In this document: piece by piece, positions 36,258 to 48,584 of the stretch | How positions within the stretch are numbered: the first letter of the stretch is position 1 | Layout of the letters: the number at the start of each line of letters is the position of its first letter | Assembly (NCBI RefSeq): GCF_964204645.1 | Contig: NC_134034.1 | Location: 10,552,962 to 10,616,961 of the forward strand | Origin: Tubulanus polymorphus | Lineage: Eukaryota; Animalia; Nemertea | Length of the DNA stretch: 64,000 nt | Direction: 5' to 3' | Position numbers and translations under genes: made by a program | The notes under the pieces: model-generated | Database searches by the model: none | Seen by the model: the letters and a program-made list of their open reading frames with translations, nothing else | What the model was told of the DNA's origin: nothing

Positions 36258-36630
36258 ATTGTGATAAATTTTATTTAGGAGAAACTGGTCGCTCCCTCAT
36301 AGTCTAGTACCTAGCCGTCGTTCCACAAACAATCGGGAACCGGTAAAAACGACTGGTATTCAGACTAGCTCCCTCAGTGTTCGTATTAAAGAACATAAGA
36401 AAGACATGATTAATCAAAAGCCCCAAAGTGCTGTGGCTACCCATGTTTGGGATTCTAATGGTCACCGATTTGATTTCAAACATTCTTGTATAATTTTTCC
36501 GTCCAACCCGAGGTCACATAATTGAGTCGGCTTTAATACTCATTCCACTTCTTGTATTAATGGAAACCTTGGTTTCTTTGCCCATAATAAACAGTTGTCC
36601 AAATACATTTCCTCTCTGGTCAATATCACC
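36258..36630 (+). pseudogene. Degenerate Penelope-like GIY-YIG endonuclease fragment
   Basis: Translates to CDKFYLGETGRSL/SVRIKEHKKDM..PQSAVATHVWDSNGHRFDFK..HIIESALI..FAHNKQLSKY, colinear with the C-terminus of the 22816-23847 ORF; contains frameshifts and an insertion. Confidence 0.8.
36300..36367. mobile_element. 68-bp Mutator-like mini-MITE nested in the PLE remnant
   Basis: Perfect 9-bp TSD gctccctca on both sides; ends tagtctagtacc / ggtattcagacta. Confidence 0.8.
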
Positions 36631-36946
36631 TATAGTTTTATTGTGCAATAGTGGGTATGTCGTTCTTGACATGTCATACTTGCTGTTATTCCTTGAAAAT
36701 GGGTTTTAGTAATCAGTGATCAGTAATCAGTAACTTATACATATGACCAGCGATGTTCTTTCGTCGAAAAGTGTAAAATCTGGTCCTTAATAAATTCTTA
36801 TAGTTTCGATATTTATATATTAAGTATGTCGTGATTCTACCGTATGAAATTCGAATCGTCGGACTTCTTCGTTTGCCCCTAAAGACTTGCGTAAATGGCG
36901 TTATTTCATGTATCTTTGAGTCTAGATAATCACTCAAAGTTATCGT

Positions 36947-39900
36947 CTAGGTCGTTTTGTGTAAATGTACAGCAATCGCGGAAGCAACTGAGTGTAATTT
37001 TCCATTTTCGTCGACCGGATATTTTCGCGTATACATATCGACTGCGTCATGCATGAATTCTGGTAGTCGTGATTCGGGAATCCTATTCACCTGAGGTAAA
37101 ATTGCACAAAACCATCCTGAAAAAAATAGACAGCGATTCATGATTTTTAAGCTACTGGAAAATTGATATAAAATCTCATACTGTGTAAGATGTTATAGTC
37201 ATTTTGTCTCGGGGTAGTAACCTATCGATAAATAGTTACATATTACACATTTTGTATGTAAATAACTGTGAGCAATTCTTTATTGATGAAATAAACATTA
37301 CAAAATATGTCAGAAATGTTTCCTTGAATCAAACTGACTTGTTTTCGATGTTTTGACTATATATTCATCTCCAGGGAGCCCGAAGTATGCATATATACGG
37401 TAGACTTTTCATTATTCCTGAAGATGACTATTAGGACACAGTCGAAACGTCAGAATACGTAAATCGGTTATGTTGGGTTTATAAGTATGAATATAAGTAT
37501 ATAAGTATGAATATTTTTGTATAGATTTTGTATCTGTATTATGTAGTCTATTGAACGATCTGGTGTCGGTCAGGGTTGACGCCTCCATAATTCTTATCTG
37601 TCAGGTTTGGTATAAATATGTGCATTCCAGTTAGTTCTCGCCGTTGCCACATTAAAGTTATATTGAAGTTAAGTCTGCATTCGTTTTGTGTCGTTTGTCG
37701 TTGTAATTGGTGGATTTCGACCATGGCTGAAGGAGGCCGTAACAGGTAACTCAAGCGAACATTTCGGACTCTTTTTTCATTCGTAGTGTCCGGGATTTCA
37801 TATCATCGTTACAACTTGGTGCGAAGAAAAATGAACGATCATGAACTGCCACTTGCCATATAACTGTAGTGAACTTTTCAATAAGTGAACGGGCAACGGG
37901 CCGTTAATTTTCGGGTATTTAGGATCGCTTACCAAGCTGGGACCAGTTGCACAGTCGTGACTTAAGTCCAAAAGCGGTCTTAAATCTTAAGACTGGTTTT
38001 AAGTTGTTAGATTAGCTATAGAACTAAGTTGGTCTTAGACTGGTCTTCGGTCTAAGCCATGACTATGCAACCGGCCCCTGGAGATTGTGTAACGAATGAC
38101 TGAATGTCTCCATGAGCGATATATTGTCTACTACCGGTAGCTTACGATTCGAAGAAGTCAATACATGCATGTTTTAACCAATACTTGTTGTTGCTGCCGG
38201 GAGATCATTAAGATATTCGAGTTGAGAGAAGTTTGAACGTAATTTTGGTCCAAAAAAAAGCTGAACGAATATTCGAGTTAAGCAATTTCGAGTAGAGTGG
38301 ATTTCAATGTATGGTTTAACATAGGAGCCAGAAAAAAACTTTCAACATTTGCTGAGTTGAACGGATTTTCGACTTAATAGGATTCGAGTTGAGAGTATAA
38401 TCTACTGTAGCTCACTTTTAGCCGATTGGATATCGGGAAAGGTAACATCAGCGAAAGAGTTCGTGCATTGTTTAACGGTAAACCCTAGTGATTCGGCCAT
38501 TCGTCGATATCCGGTAACTTCATCTGGGAATCTCCAATCACTGAATTCCTCCCAGCCAGACGACGGGTACGCCCACTCAGCTGTATATCCCTGAATAAAA
38601 AAAAACATCCATGGCATGTAAGTTAGTAATACAAACTCTCTACCGGCCGCTTCTATCAGGTTTACAGATTACAAACTCTCTACCGGCCGCTTCTATCAGG
38701 TTTACAGATTACAAACTCTCTACCGGCCGTTTCTAACATGTTTACAGATTACAAACTCTCTACCGGCCGCTTCTATCAGGTTTACAGATTACAAACTCTC
38801 TACCGGCCGTTTCTAACATGTTTACAGATTTCAAACTCTCTACCGGCCGCTTCTATCAGGTTTACAGATTACAAACTCTCTACCGGCCGCTTCTATCAGG
38901 TTTGCAGATTACAAACTCTCTACCGGCCGCTTCTATCAGGTTTACAGATTACAAACTCTCTACCGGCCGCTTCTATCAGGTTTACAGATTACAAACTCTC
39001 TACCGGCCGCTTCTATCAGGTTTACAGATTACAAACTCTCTACCGGCCGCTTCTATCAGGTTTACAGATTACAAACTCTCTACCGGCCGCTTCTATTAGG
39101 TTTACAGATTACAAACTCTCCACCGGCCGCTTCTATCAGGTTTACAGATTACAAACTCTCTCCCGGCCGCTTCTATCAGGTTTACAGATTACAAACTCTC
39201 TACCGGCCGCTTCTATCAGGTTTACAGATTACAAACTCTCTACCGGCCGCTTCTATCGGGTTTACAGATTACAAACTCTCTACCGGCCGCTTCGATCAGG
39301 TTTACAGATTACAAACTCTCCATCGACCGCTTCTATCAGGTTTACAGATCACGCTATTAAGGAATAGGTAGAGTGTATTCTGGTCGAAACGAATGCACCA
39401 GAGGACACGGAATCGGTAGAGACCATTCGGAACCTGCCTAAATTATGGTTGAGTGAATATGCATGAATGAATGAATGCTTTATTCTCTCTAAATACAAAT
39501 TACTAATAAACACACATAAATACAATTTGAGAAAAGGACATCTCCAAGCCGAAGGCTGTACCATAAGGGGAGATGCCCTGTAACTATATAAACCTTTTAG
39601 AATATTAGCTGAATAAAATTTATGGGCCATTTATGATGAAGTACTTTCGCATTCATGGGGTTCAGAATTACCTTCAGCATTCAATGCGCACATTTCTTAC
39701 CTCAAAATAATGCGACCATTTTTCCAATTTCGCTACTTCAGACATGTATTCGATTGTTCCTGCTGTAAGGAGAAGAATGATCACTTCACCTTTTGGTGCC
39801 AGTAGAGATTTTATCGTTTCTAAATTCGAATACTGATTCGGAGTCCAGTGGAAGACTAGAAATGCAGTTATCAAATCAAACTTCTGTCGCCATTCCGGGC

Positions 39901-40815
39901 TGAACGATTCGGGTTTAGTCACATCAGCGATTACGTATTCAATTTTAGGATTCGGATTTTCGGATCGAGCGAATTTAACCATTGATTCTAACTGAAGCGA
40001 AACAAAAATACAGTTATAGGCAGGTTTTGATTGGCTTCGGTCAGAATACGCTCTACCTATTTCAGATGTAATCTGTAAACCTGATAGAAGCGGTCGGTAG
40101 AGAGTTTGTAATCTGTAAACCTGATCGAAGCGGCCGGTAGAGAGTTTGTAATCTGTAAACCTGATAGAAGCGGCCTGTAGAAAGTTTGTAATCCAGATTT
40201 AAACTCAATTGAAAATGAATTGAATTAGCCCCTAGATAAAGTTGATAATGGTCTATGTAACAAGACCCTTCCTTTTAGAGAGGTGCTTAAACCGGGAAAT
40301 GCTCACTCGAAATCTGGTATTTGCTCAAAAACTGGTCAGAGTTAACGAGTAGATATAGTCATAGGACACTATAACCTATTGTTTATCGCCATGGGTGAGG
40401 GCGCTGATCAATTTCGAAGATAGCTAAGGCAAATGTATAGTGACGTCACGGAGTTGGCCTTCCCTTTCGCTTTATAGTTCTACATGGCATGTACCCGCTG
40501 GTTATCTTAAATCACATTTCCAGAAACTGCAGCCCCTGATCAGTATGAACCCTGTATAGAAACTGACCACTGCCTCTTTTGTAAACTAAACCCGCAATGA
40601 ATCCATATTTACATTTTTACCTTATCGAAAGCAATAAGATTTTCAACATCGTTGATTCGGTTCAGTAACACGTTAGTGACCTCTCCAGTACCGCATCCTA
40701 TATCGAGGACGTGTTTATAAGCGCGCTGTTTCAATTCAAGCGACGATAAAGTTCTTGAAGCCCATTCTTTCTGACAATCGTTGTTATTTGAATAAAGTTC
40801 TGCGTTCGGATTCAT
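36947..40815 (-). CDS. Class I SAM-dependent methyltransferase, juvenile hormone acid O-methyltransferase (JHAMT)-like, 4 exons, 276 aa
   Basis: complement(join(36947..37116,38416..38590,39701..39991,40621..40815)) = 831 nt. N-terminus MNPNAELYSNNNDCQK, motif I VLDIGCGTG, FDLITAFLVFHW, LLAPKGE, KWSHY and LPQVNRIPE match the JHAMT-like family pattern. Confidence 0.88.
37413..37457 (+). ncRNA. Minimal hammerhead motif, relative of the 23.9-kb PLE pseudo-LTR
   Basis: tattc CTGAAGA t GACT attaggacac AGTC GAAAC GTC agaata; decayed inverted copy at about 37343-37375. Confidence 0.55.
37940..38077. mobile_element. PIF/Harbinger-like MITE with CTG TSD
   Basis: ctg|ggaccagttgcacagtcgtgactta...taagccatgactatgcaaccggccc|ctg. 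Confidence 0.8.
38629..39349. repeat. 40-bp minisatellite, about 18 copies
   Basis: tacaaactctctaccggccgcttctatcaggtttacagat; about 3 inverted copies at 40068-40193. Confidence 0.95.
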
Positions 40816-41425
40816 TTTGACACACTAAACGCGTTAGTTATACTACTAGTATATTCAAATACTTGCACTATATACATGAATAGCCCATCAGTTCTTTGGA
40901 GATGGCCTTGTTTATTTAAAAAGATATAGAAAATAAAGTTGACGGTGACATGATTACGTGCGAATTATCCGAATGATAGTGATCTTATCGTAAGAGGACT
41001 GATTTTGATTGATAAATGAAAACTGTTGTTTGAAAATTACTCCGCCCAGGGGGTTCGTATCGGAGACGTAGGTTGTGTAAAAACGAGAATCTGTTAATCC
41101 AGTGTCTATAACACTGGATTAACAGATTATCGTTTTTAGTATTTTTGCTATCGATGAATGAATATTGTATATAGGATGATCTGTAAAACAGTGTTTGTGA
41201 GCGGACATGGAATAGTTGAACAGTTCCACGTAGAAACCGGGTACTCAAGTCGCACCTGAGGTTTCCCCTCTCGTCAACGAGTCGAGAATGGTAAATCTAT
41301 ATTATTTGCGATCATCTTGAAAGTTCGGTGCGTAACGTTTGGAATGATACTTCCGAGGCTGGAGAGCGTGCAGTTTCTAGGACCGGGTATACAGCGACAG
41401 ATGTAACGATGACCAGGACGGCACC

Positions 41426-41432
41426 TATATAA
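41426..41432 (+). promoter_or_regulatory. Candidate TATA box of the FN2-EGF gene
   Basis: TATATAA, followed about 65 nt later by a donor (cgg|gtaagt, 41498) and then an acceptor (ttgtag|, 41609) 25 nt before the ATG; consistent with a short 5'UTR exon. Confidence 0.45.
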
Positions 41433-41633
41433 CACCGAGCCAGCAGCCGTTGGTCTGTAGACCTTCGAGGTGCCAGCAGCCGAGCTATAGTTTGCGGGTA
41501 AGTAGAAAAATAGTACGGGTTTAGACGAAAAGGCACATTTTTAAATTTCGGCTTCGTTTTGTTTTTCATTGGATCTTGTTGACACATGCGTCGTACAATT
41601 TGCTTGTAGAATTTTATATCTGACAATTGAAAG

Positions 41634-44600
41634 ATGTGGGTCTCTGCTGTCGCGATTTGTATCGTTTTTGCGTTGAACCAAGCGGGCAACGGTAAGTTTC
41701 ATAGAACTTTGAAATTCTTGTCCTGACTTATAGAATTGGTTTCATAACCGGAAGGCACCCCAGCCTATCTTACTGTTATATATATTCGAAATTCAGCTAG
41801 GGTTACAAGACCATCATCTGAAATTTGAGGGGCGGGCAGCTAGGCCAAGTCACTCCGTTATTGAACCAACGTGAACAGAAGTGAAAGGCTGAATCCAAGA
41901 ACATGTCTATCGCACTTTTGAGCCCAAACGTCTACTTTTACTTAGTAGCCACTTGAGAACAATAAGCAATTAACGATATCGGCTACTTTTCCAGTAGTAT
42001 ACATTTCAAAACAGTCACTCTGGAATAGTATTCCTTTCAATTCGGTTGGTTTTCTATAGTGGCTGTTTCGAAGAGTCTACTATTGAAAAGTGACCATTTT
42101 GAAACATCTGGTTTCGATAGTGCACACTAGCAGTAGAGGTGACTGTAAAACCATCCACCTGTTAACAGTGACTTTGTGATAGTTACTCCTACCATAGCAG
42201 CTACTCTCAAAACACAAGTGTATTTGCTACGTATTAAAACTTGTAACCTATATTCCATTTTCTCGACGACGAGCAGTATCGACTTTGACGACGAAAAATG
42301 GTAAAGTCTGCAAACCGAAGTTCGCGTATGGTAATCACGAATTCGAGGGCGAATGCACCGTGGCCGATTTGCCTGACGAGCCTTGGTGTTACGTCACGTC
42401 CGGCGGATGGGACTACTGCGGTAAGTAGGCCGCCTCGCTCGGCGTATTCGACGCCGTAAAAACCGTTACAATAATGTTTATATATACAGATAACTACTAC
42501 GCGTCATCGAACGGGTTCTATGTGCGTTGATGTGCACTACGTCATCAATATCGGCGTGACGAAATAACAATTGTGAATTTTGGTGTTCATTTTTTAATCA
42601 GATATATTCCATACGTCGGAATCCATATTTGATTAAATTCGATAATCATTTTCTAGGAGATATGCACTACGTCATCGATATATCATGGATTGGTTATTGA
42701 TTATCGATAGATTCAAATTCATAATAACTTTCCTGATCGCTATTACTAAGCTTATATAATTCCATATTTAATTAACAAGATCCTAAATGTTGTATATGAT
42801 ATTATTCAATGTCGACAATATTAAACAATAGGGTGTGTCATTTTTCAAGGTGTCAAAAAGTTGTCAGTTCTCTTGTTTCATTATTCGATTGATAAGTTTT
42901 ATCGAAGCAAAATGGAATCCATTCGTTTCTCGTTACATCGTGACCTCGTTGTGTTATCCGTGATTCACAGTAATTAGAATTCTCGGTGAATTACTCTTGT
43001 ATTTTAACTTATGTTATTATCACTTTCCAGAAATCCCAGCCGTTAAACAGATCGGTAAGCCGAATTCTTATAACCCCCCTTCTAACGACAACTTAATCCT
43101 AATCAAAAATGAGTTTTTTTTCGATTCAGATTTTTCAATTCTAATTTAATTTGTTCAACATGTAACAGTTACGGCAATCTATGAAATCGATTTTGATATT
43201 TGTAGATACCGAAGGTGGTGAGAAGTGCGCAATGCCATTCGTTTACAAACTCGTACAATACTACGACCAGTGCACCACCAAGGGCCATGGCAGACCTTGG
43301 TGTTATACGGCTAGTGGATGGGACAACTGTCGTAAGTTCATTCCCTGATATATCATCGATAAATCGTATCCCGGCTGGATAGGAGATCTCTCATTGCCTC
43401 ACTGAGCAACGTGCATCCGTTGGTTCTTTGTGAACCCTTTCGCGGAGAGCAGCGAGTAGAACCGACACACGGGTTCTTAGTGAACCTCCTCTCCTCGCAG
43501 CTGTGGTGGGAAAAGCGAAAACCGACACACGGGTTCTTAGTGAACCTCCTCTCCTCGCAGCTGTGGTGGAAGAGCAACGAGTAGAACAGACAAATGGGTC
43601 AAAACACAATTTCGCGATAGAAAAATAATCAATATATTCAATGTCAGATACATGAATATTAATATGATTTCAGGGGAACAGAAAGAAGTTGTAGCTCCTC
43701 CGAAGAGGATTGTAGCTCCTCCCGTCAAAACACTCCAGATTCAACCCAAATTCGTTCCAATTGCGAGGAAACCCTGTGACGATGAACCATGTCGAAACGG
43801 CGGAACTTGTGCGAATACAAATTCTGGATACAAATGCAAGTGTAAAACTGGTTTCAGCGGAAGTCAATGTCAGACTAAAACAGAAACGAGTAAGCGACTT
43901 AAGCCTATATTTCTAGTTAGTTCGTACTTAAAATTGATATCCTTAGATTTCGGTATATCTAAAATGACCAAATATTTTAACCTTTCTGGTTTTTCAGACT
44001 ATTGCGACAGGAAACCGTGCAGGAACGGCGGAACTTGCTACAACTTGGTGAATTCACGAACGTTCAAATGCAAATGTCAAACCGGATTCACCGGAGGTCA
44101 ATGTCAGAATAAAATCAAAACCAGTGGCAAAAGCCAAAGGAAAAGTAAGCACACTTTGAAATATTTCCAGCGAATTCAAGATGCAATATTTCTATAGTAC
44201 GAAGTTTGAATTCATAATCAATTAGAGAACACCTTCCTCGAATCATACCTATTTGTTTTTAATGTATTTGCTGATATTTCAGAACCTTGCGATAAAAAGC
44301 CCTGTAAAAACGGCGGAACTTGTTCGAATTTGAGTTCGCGAAGATACAAATGCAAATGTAAAACCGGGTTCAGAGGAAGTCGATGTCAATTTAAAAACAA
44401 AAGCATGAGCAGAAGCATAAGCAGATATCAGACCAAGAAAAGTGAGCACAGTTTGAAATGTTCCCAGCGTTCTTTATCACCGAATTCAAAACGCAATAAT
44501 GCTTAGTTTTTTTTAAGGAGATTTTATGATCATTTTATGATCGTTTTTTAATCCATTCGTCAAATATTTCAACTTTCTGACATTTCAGAACCTTGCGATA

Positions 44601-44713
44601 AAAAGCCCTGTAAAAACGGCGGAACTTGTTCGAATTTGAGTTCGCGACGATACAAATGCAAATGTAAAACCGGGTTCAGAGGAAGTCGATGTCAATTTAA
44701 AAGAAAGAAATAA
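41634..44713 (+). CDS. Secreted protein: signal peptide, 2 fibronectin type II domains, 4 Lys/Arg-rich EGF-like domains, 332 aa
   Basis: join(41634..41691,42277..42420,43031..43054,43206..43331,43674..43889,43998..44144,44283..44441,44589..44713) = 999 nt, all phase-1 introns. Signal MWVSAVAICIVFALNQAG; FN2 GKVCKPKFAYG..ECT..PWCYVTSGGWDYC and GEKCAMPFVYK..CTT..PWCYTASGWDNC; EGFs of the form PCxNGGTC..YKCKCKTGFxGxxC. Confidence 0.88.
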
Positions 44714-46235
44714 AAACTAAAGGTGAGTAATTCGCGGAATATCCGATGGTGTTCATGTAGATTCTGGGAAGATTTGAATGACAAAACAAATTTTTCCAAT
44801 TCAATCTTTTCTGAATCAGGTTAAAACGGGCGCCAACATTTCGAAAATCGAAAAGGAGTGGTCGGAGACTAGGGTCAAGACCGATCTCAACTCAAATAGC
44901 GTCTTTTCAAAACTTCTACCGGCGACGGGCATGGAATTTTCAAACTTTAATTTCAAGATCAATCATTTAGATATCTATCATAGAACGTTAATAAATATCG
45001 CACATTCCTGTGAAATCATTTGTTGAGTTTTATCAGTCAGTGTCTGTTTCGTCCTACTAATAGTATTCGATCTATCTGCTGTCTCGAAAGGAGATCTGCT
45101 AGTCAGACTAAACCAATAGTCATCTGGTTGAGGTTTACATCGTCGTCCAACCGTCTATAAGACAGTCGAGGCGTGTTTCGCGTTACTTTCTGGCATAGGA
45201 GAAAAGCACGAGAAGCTATAGTCGTCCACAACAGCAAGACAAACTTATCGGAGTTAGTCGTCTATTTTAGACCGATTGTTTAAGTTAGGGCGAAACTATG
45301 CTTTCGTAGTTAGTAGTTGGAACTAATAACCGAGCACAATTCAATCGGGTCAACGCTGAGGTATATAGGGGACTGTAGTTCCTAATGCCTCGGATTTATA
45401 CCGCGCGATGAGTGATTCGGTCACTCAACATTCGACAGTCGAACGTTCATTCGACATTTCGACGGCTCGACAATTCTGACACATTTCAAAATGGGGGCCA
45501 TATTGGAACTAGGTCCAGACTACAGCGACCGTGCCAATCCTGTAGTCGACCATTTCCGGACCATAGTTCCGACAAACTGACATTCGGTTTCACTTAGTTC
45601 GACTAACTCCCTAACTAACTAACTTAGTTCCCCCCGGCTGTCCGTGATGGCAAGGGAAACGGTTGTCCCGAACAGGCTTATCTAAACGTTTTTAATCAAA
45701 GTATTATTTATTTCGTTTGTACGATCCGACACAAGTGTCTTCTCGAACTAAAATGGCCGCGACGCCGCACCAGAAACGAGTGAGAGTGTGAGGTGCAGCT
45801 GAGTGAAGCCTTAATATCACAAATCAATCAATCAGTGTGGAAACCGTAGAACATCACACCGTCGAGCCGTCGATGAGTGAATGAACGAATTTGAATGAAT
45901 GAATCTGATATCGAATTGTGTCGTTTTCAAGGATTCTTATTCCGGGTTAGAATCCGGAGAACGCTTGAAAACGCATAATCATCCAATGATCACGTTGATT
46001 ACCTAATGTCTATTTCAATTTTTGCTTGAGAGACTTTTCGTGGCCATCCTTTAATAGAGTTTAAAATGGATTAAAAATTGATGTTTTATATCTTTGCCGA
46101 GTCCTCCTTCTAAGACCTTTATCGGGTCTGACTTAGTTCAGGCACTTGACGTTCTCTCAAATTAGCAATTGATTGACATCGATTGGATAACCCTCGCACA
46201 ACCACGACAACAAATTCATTCTAAGAAATGTTCAG

Positions 46236-46343
46236 GACCCAGTTCCACAGTTGTGAGTTAGAGTTAACTCTGAGTTGAAATCAGTTCATTTCCGATGTTT
46301 TAACTCAGAGTCAAATCTTAACTCATGACTGTGGAACTGGGTC
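46236..46343. mobile_element. Palindromic PIF/Harbinger-like MITE with CAG TSD
   Basis: cag|gacccagttccacag...ctgtggaactgggtc|cag. Confidence 0.8.
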
Positions 46344-46743
46344 CAGTGTTCTGAGAAGAAAGTCAGGATTCTATATTCACAAACCGATTTGCCTCAGGAG
46401 AATTCAAAATAACAACGTTCAAGATTTATTCGCGGACGGGTTTCATTGCTATATACAATGAAGTTTCTATTGTCTTACTTTCGACAGGAAAACACCGCAC
46501 AACAGACAATCAAAAGAATCGGATGGTCTCTTTCCGGAGCCAATTAGAAGTGACCGATGATGTCGCAAATAGTTTCTGAATGACGGTTATTATTATTACG
46601 TTAGATGAAAATCAATTCTCGAATATTCAACAAAACGTGACATAAATATAACGGTTAAAAGTCAAATTCGATTCTAATCTGAATCTTGAAAAATATGCCA
46701 TTTCTACGGTAAATATCAACCTCTTCTCTCGACGTTTTTAGAA

Positions 46744-48584
46744 TTAAGTCTTGGCGTCGGTGAGGAGTCGTTCGATGTCTTCGATTTGAAGACCGGAATT
46801 CAAGTGGAAACATGGCCGACACGAGCAACTCAACGGAAAACGCACCGGACGTCTGATCATTTTGCCGCGTTTACACCGCATCGACACCAACTGTATACCC
46901 ATCTGCAACGGCTCGCAACAACTGCAAAATAAAGCAGTAAAATCAATCGATGATTTTATGATAAACCTAGCGCCCGGAGCCTCGAGATACCAACGGTATC
47001 CAAGAGGCAGGGCGGATTAAAGGGGGTCTGAGGGACTCCGGACCCCTCCTCCCAGATTTGAAGGTCTCAAAAAGAAACCCTAAGCGACGTTTTTTCAATG
47101 AAAGTGAATACAAAACAAACAGAAGTGGTATTTTCTCATGATGAATATACAATGTTATTGTGGTTGTGGTATTGTGCATTTTATGATTAATTCCATGGAT
47201 TTCGTCTTTCAACTTCGTGGATATCCCATCAAAACATTTCTATTGTCGAGTACCCCTCACTGTCGTTGGGCATTAGGGCTATGCCGTTATGCGTCTTGCA
47301 TCGTCATAACAGTAATATTTCATATCGTCCCCTTTTACTTCCCTGGGCCCCACCCCTACTAATATCCTAGAACCGCTCCTGAGAGATGGATGTAGCCTAG
47401 GTTTCTGAGTACTGCGCAACTGTGAAATGGTACATGTTGGCCCAATCGGGGGCCGGATAATTTTGAATATAAGATACAATCTTAGTGCATTTCGGGCATC
47501 AAATTCATCCTTCTATCCATCTACAAAATATGCCGGTAAATTGGCGCCTAGAAACTGGGAATATGTTTAGCTTCGATAGCTTACCTGCACGTTCGTCCGA
47601 TTTGGTATGGATGATCGGTGACCAGATTCGAGTAAGAATGACACGTTCCCTTACAGCCTAGCGTGGTCAGTTTAACAGTTTCGCATTCGTGCCGATATTT
47701 CGGCGGCGGACTGACGCTCAGAATGGCCGGCATCAGCGCACACGTTTCCTCGCGAGAAAGGACCATCCTTCGAGTCCGGTTCGTGGTCCGTGTCGTCTGC
47801 CATAGCGGTCCCGTGCGGTCCTCGTCACCAGTCTGAGCGCCTATCGCGCGGACACAGCAAGTGCTGACGGTGACGACTAGTAGAATTTGCCACACTCCTA
47901 AAAAATGACGAAAAATCTACTTTTGAAATCTTTACGGCATTCATGATATTATCATATTTGTCATAAAATAATCATCGTTGTTTTCAGTTTTTGAAAGTGT
48001 GCTGATAAAATGTATGATGTCTGGTTTTTGTAGTTCATGTTCAGTTAAAAATGTCTCAGGTGAAGTACTGAACACATGTGAAGTGTGGACGATCAGTTTT
48101 TGAATGTACGTGCTGAAAAATGTCTAATATCTGGTGTTTGTAGTTCTTTTGATAATAAATGTCGCAGGTGAAGTTCTGAACACATGTGAAGTCATATGAT
48201 AATACAGAACCACGCATATGATGTCAATATGACGCTTTTTGTGGTTTGTTTAGTCTGTCAATTTTCCTTGTTTTTTTTTCTTGTAAAATAAACTCATTTT
48301 GGTTTTTAAAAAAAAAAACATGTGAAGTGTGGGCGATCAGAAAATAGAAGAAACGGTGACAAAATATATATAAGATATACCTAGCGATGGGCCCAGACGA
48401 GACCCGTATAAGTGTACACAATGGAAATATTTTACGGTGAAAGATCTTAACCCCCAACAACCGGCTTGGAGAGATATCGATTGAGCAGAACCGAACGAAA
48501 ATGAATGAAACCGAAGCATTAACGAAATGAATGAGATCACTGAGAAAGACTACAAAACATTTTCTTACCTGCAATTGTAATCAT
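46744..48584 (-). CDS. Secreted cystine-knot hormone, bursicon alpha-like, 3 coding exons, 168 aa
   Basis: complement(join(46744..46921,47585..47897,48569..48584)) = 507 nt. Signal peptide MITIAGVWQILLVVTVSTCCVRA; RTRR furin-type site; 11 Cys in the mature part, with CKGTCHSY, RTCSCCE and PLSCSCRPC (compare bursicon alpha CxGxCxSY, RSCMCCQ, PLECMCRPC). Confidence 0.82.

Noticed and set aside
38629-39367. CRISPR-like periodicity and 209-aa ORF
   Set aside because: Head-to-tail 40-bp units with no unique spacers, no cas genes, inside a eukaryotic intron.
41634-44713. Factor XII/HGF activator or Notch-ligand identity for the FN2-EGF gene
   Set aside because: No kringle, protease, DSL or transmembrane segment; a stop follows EGF4.
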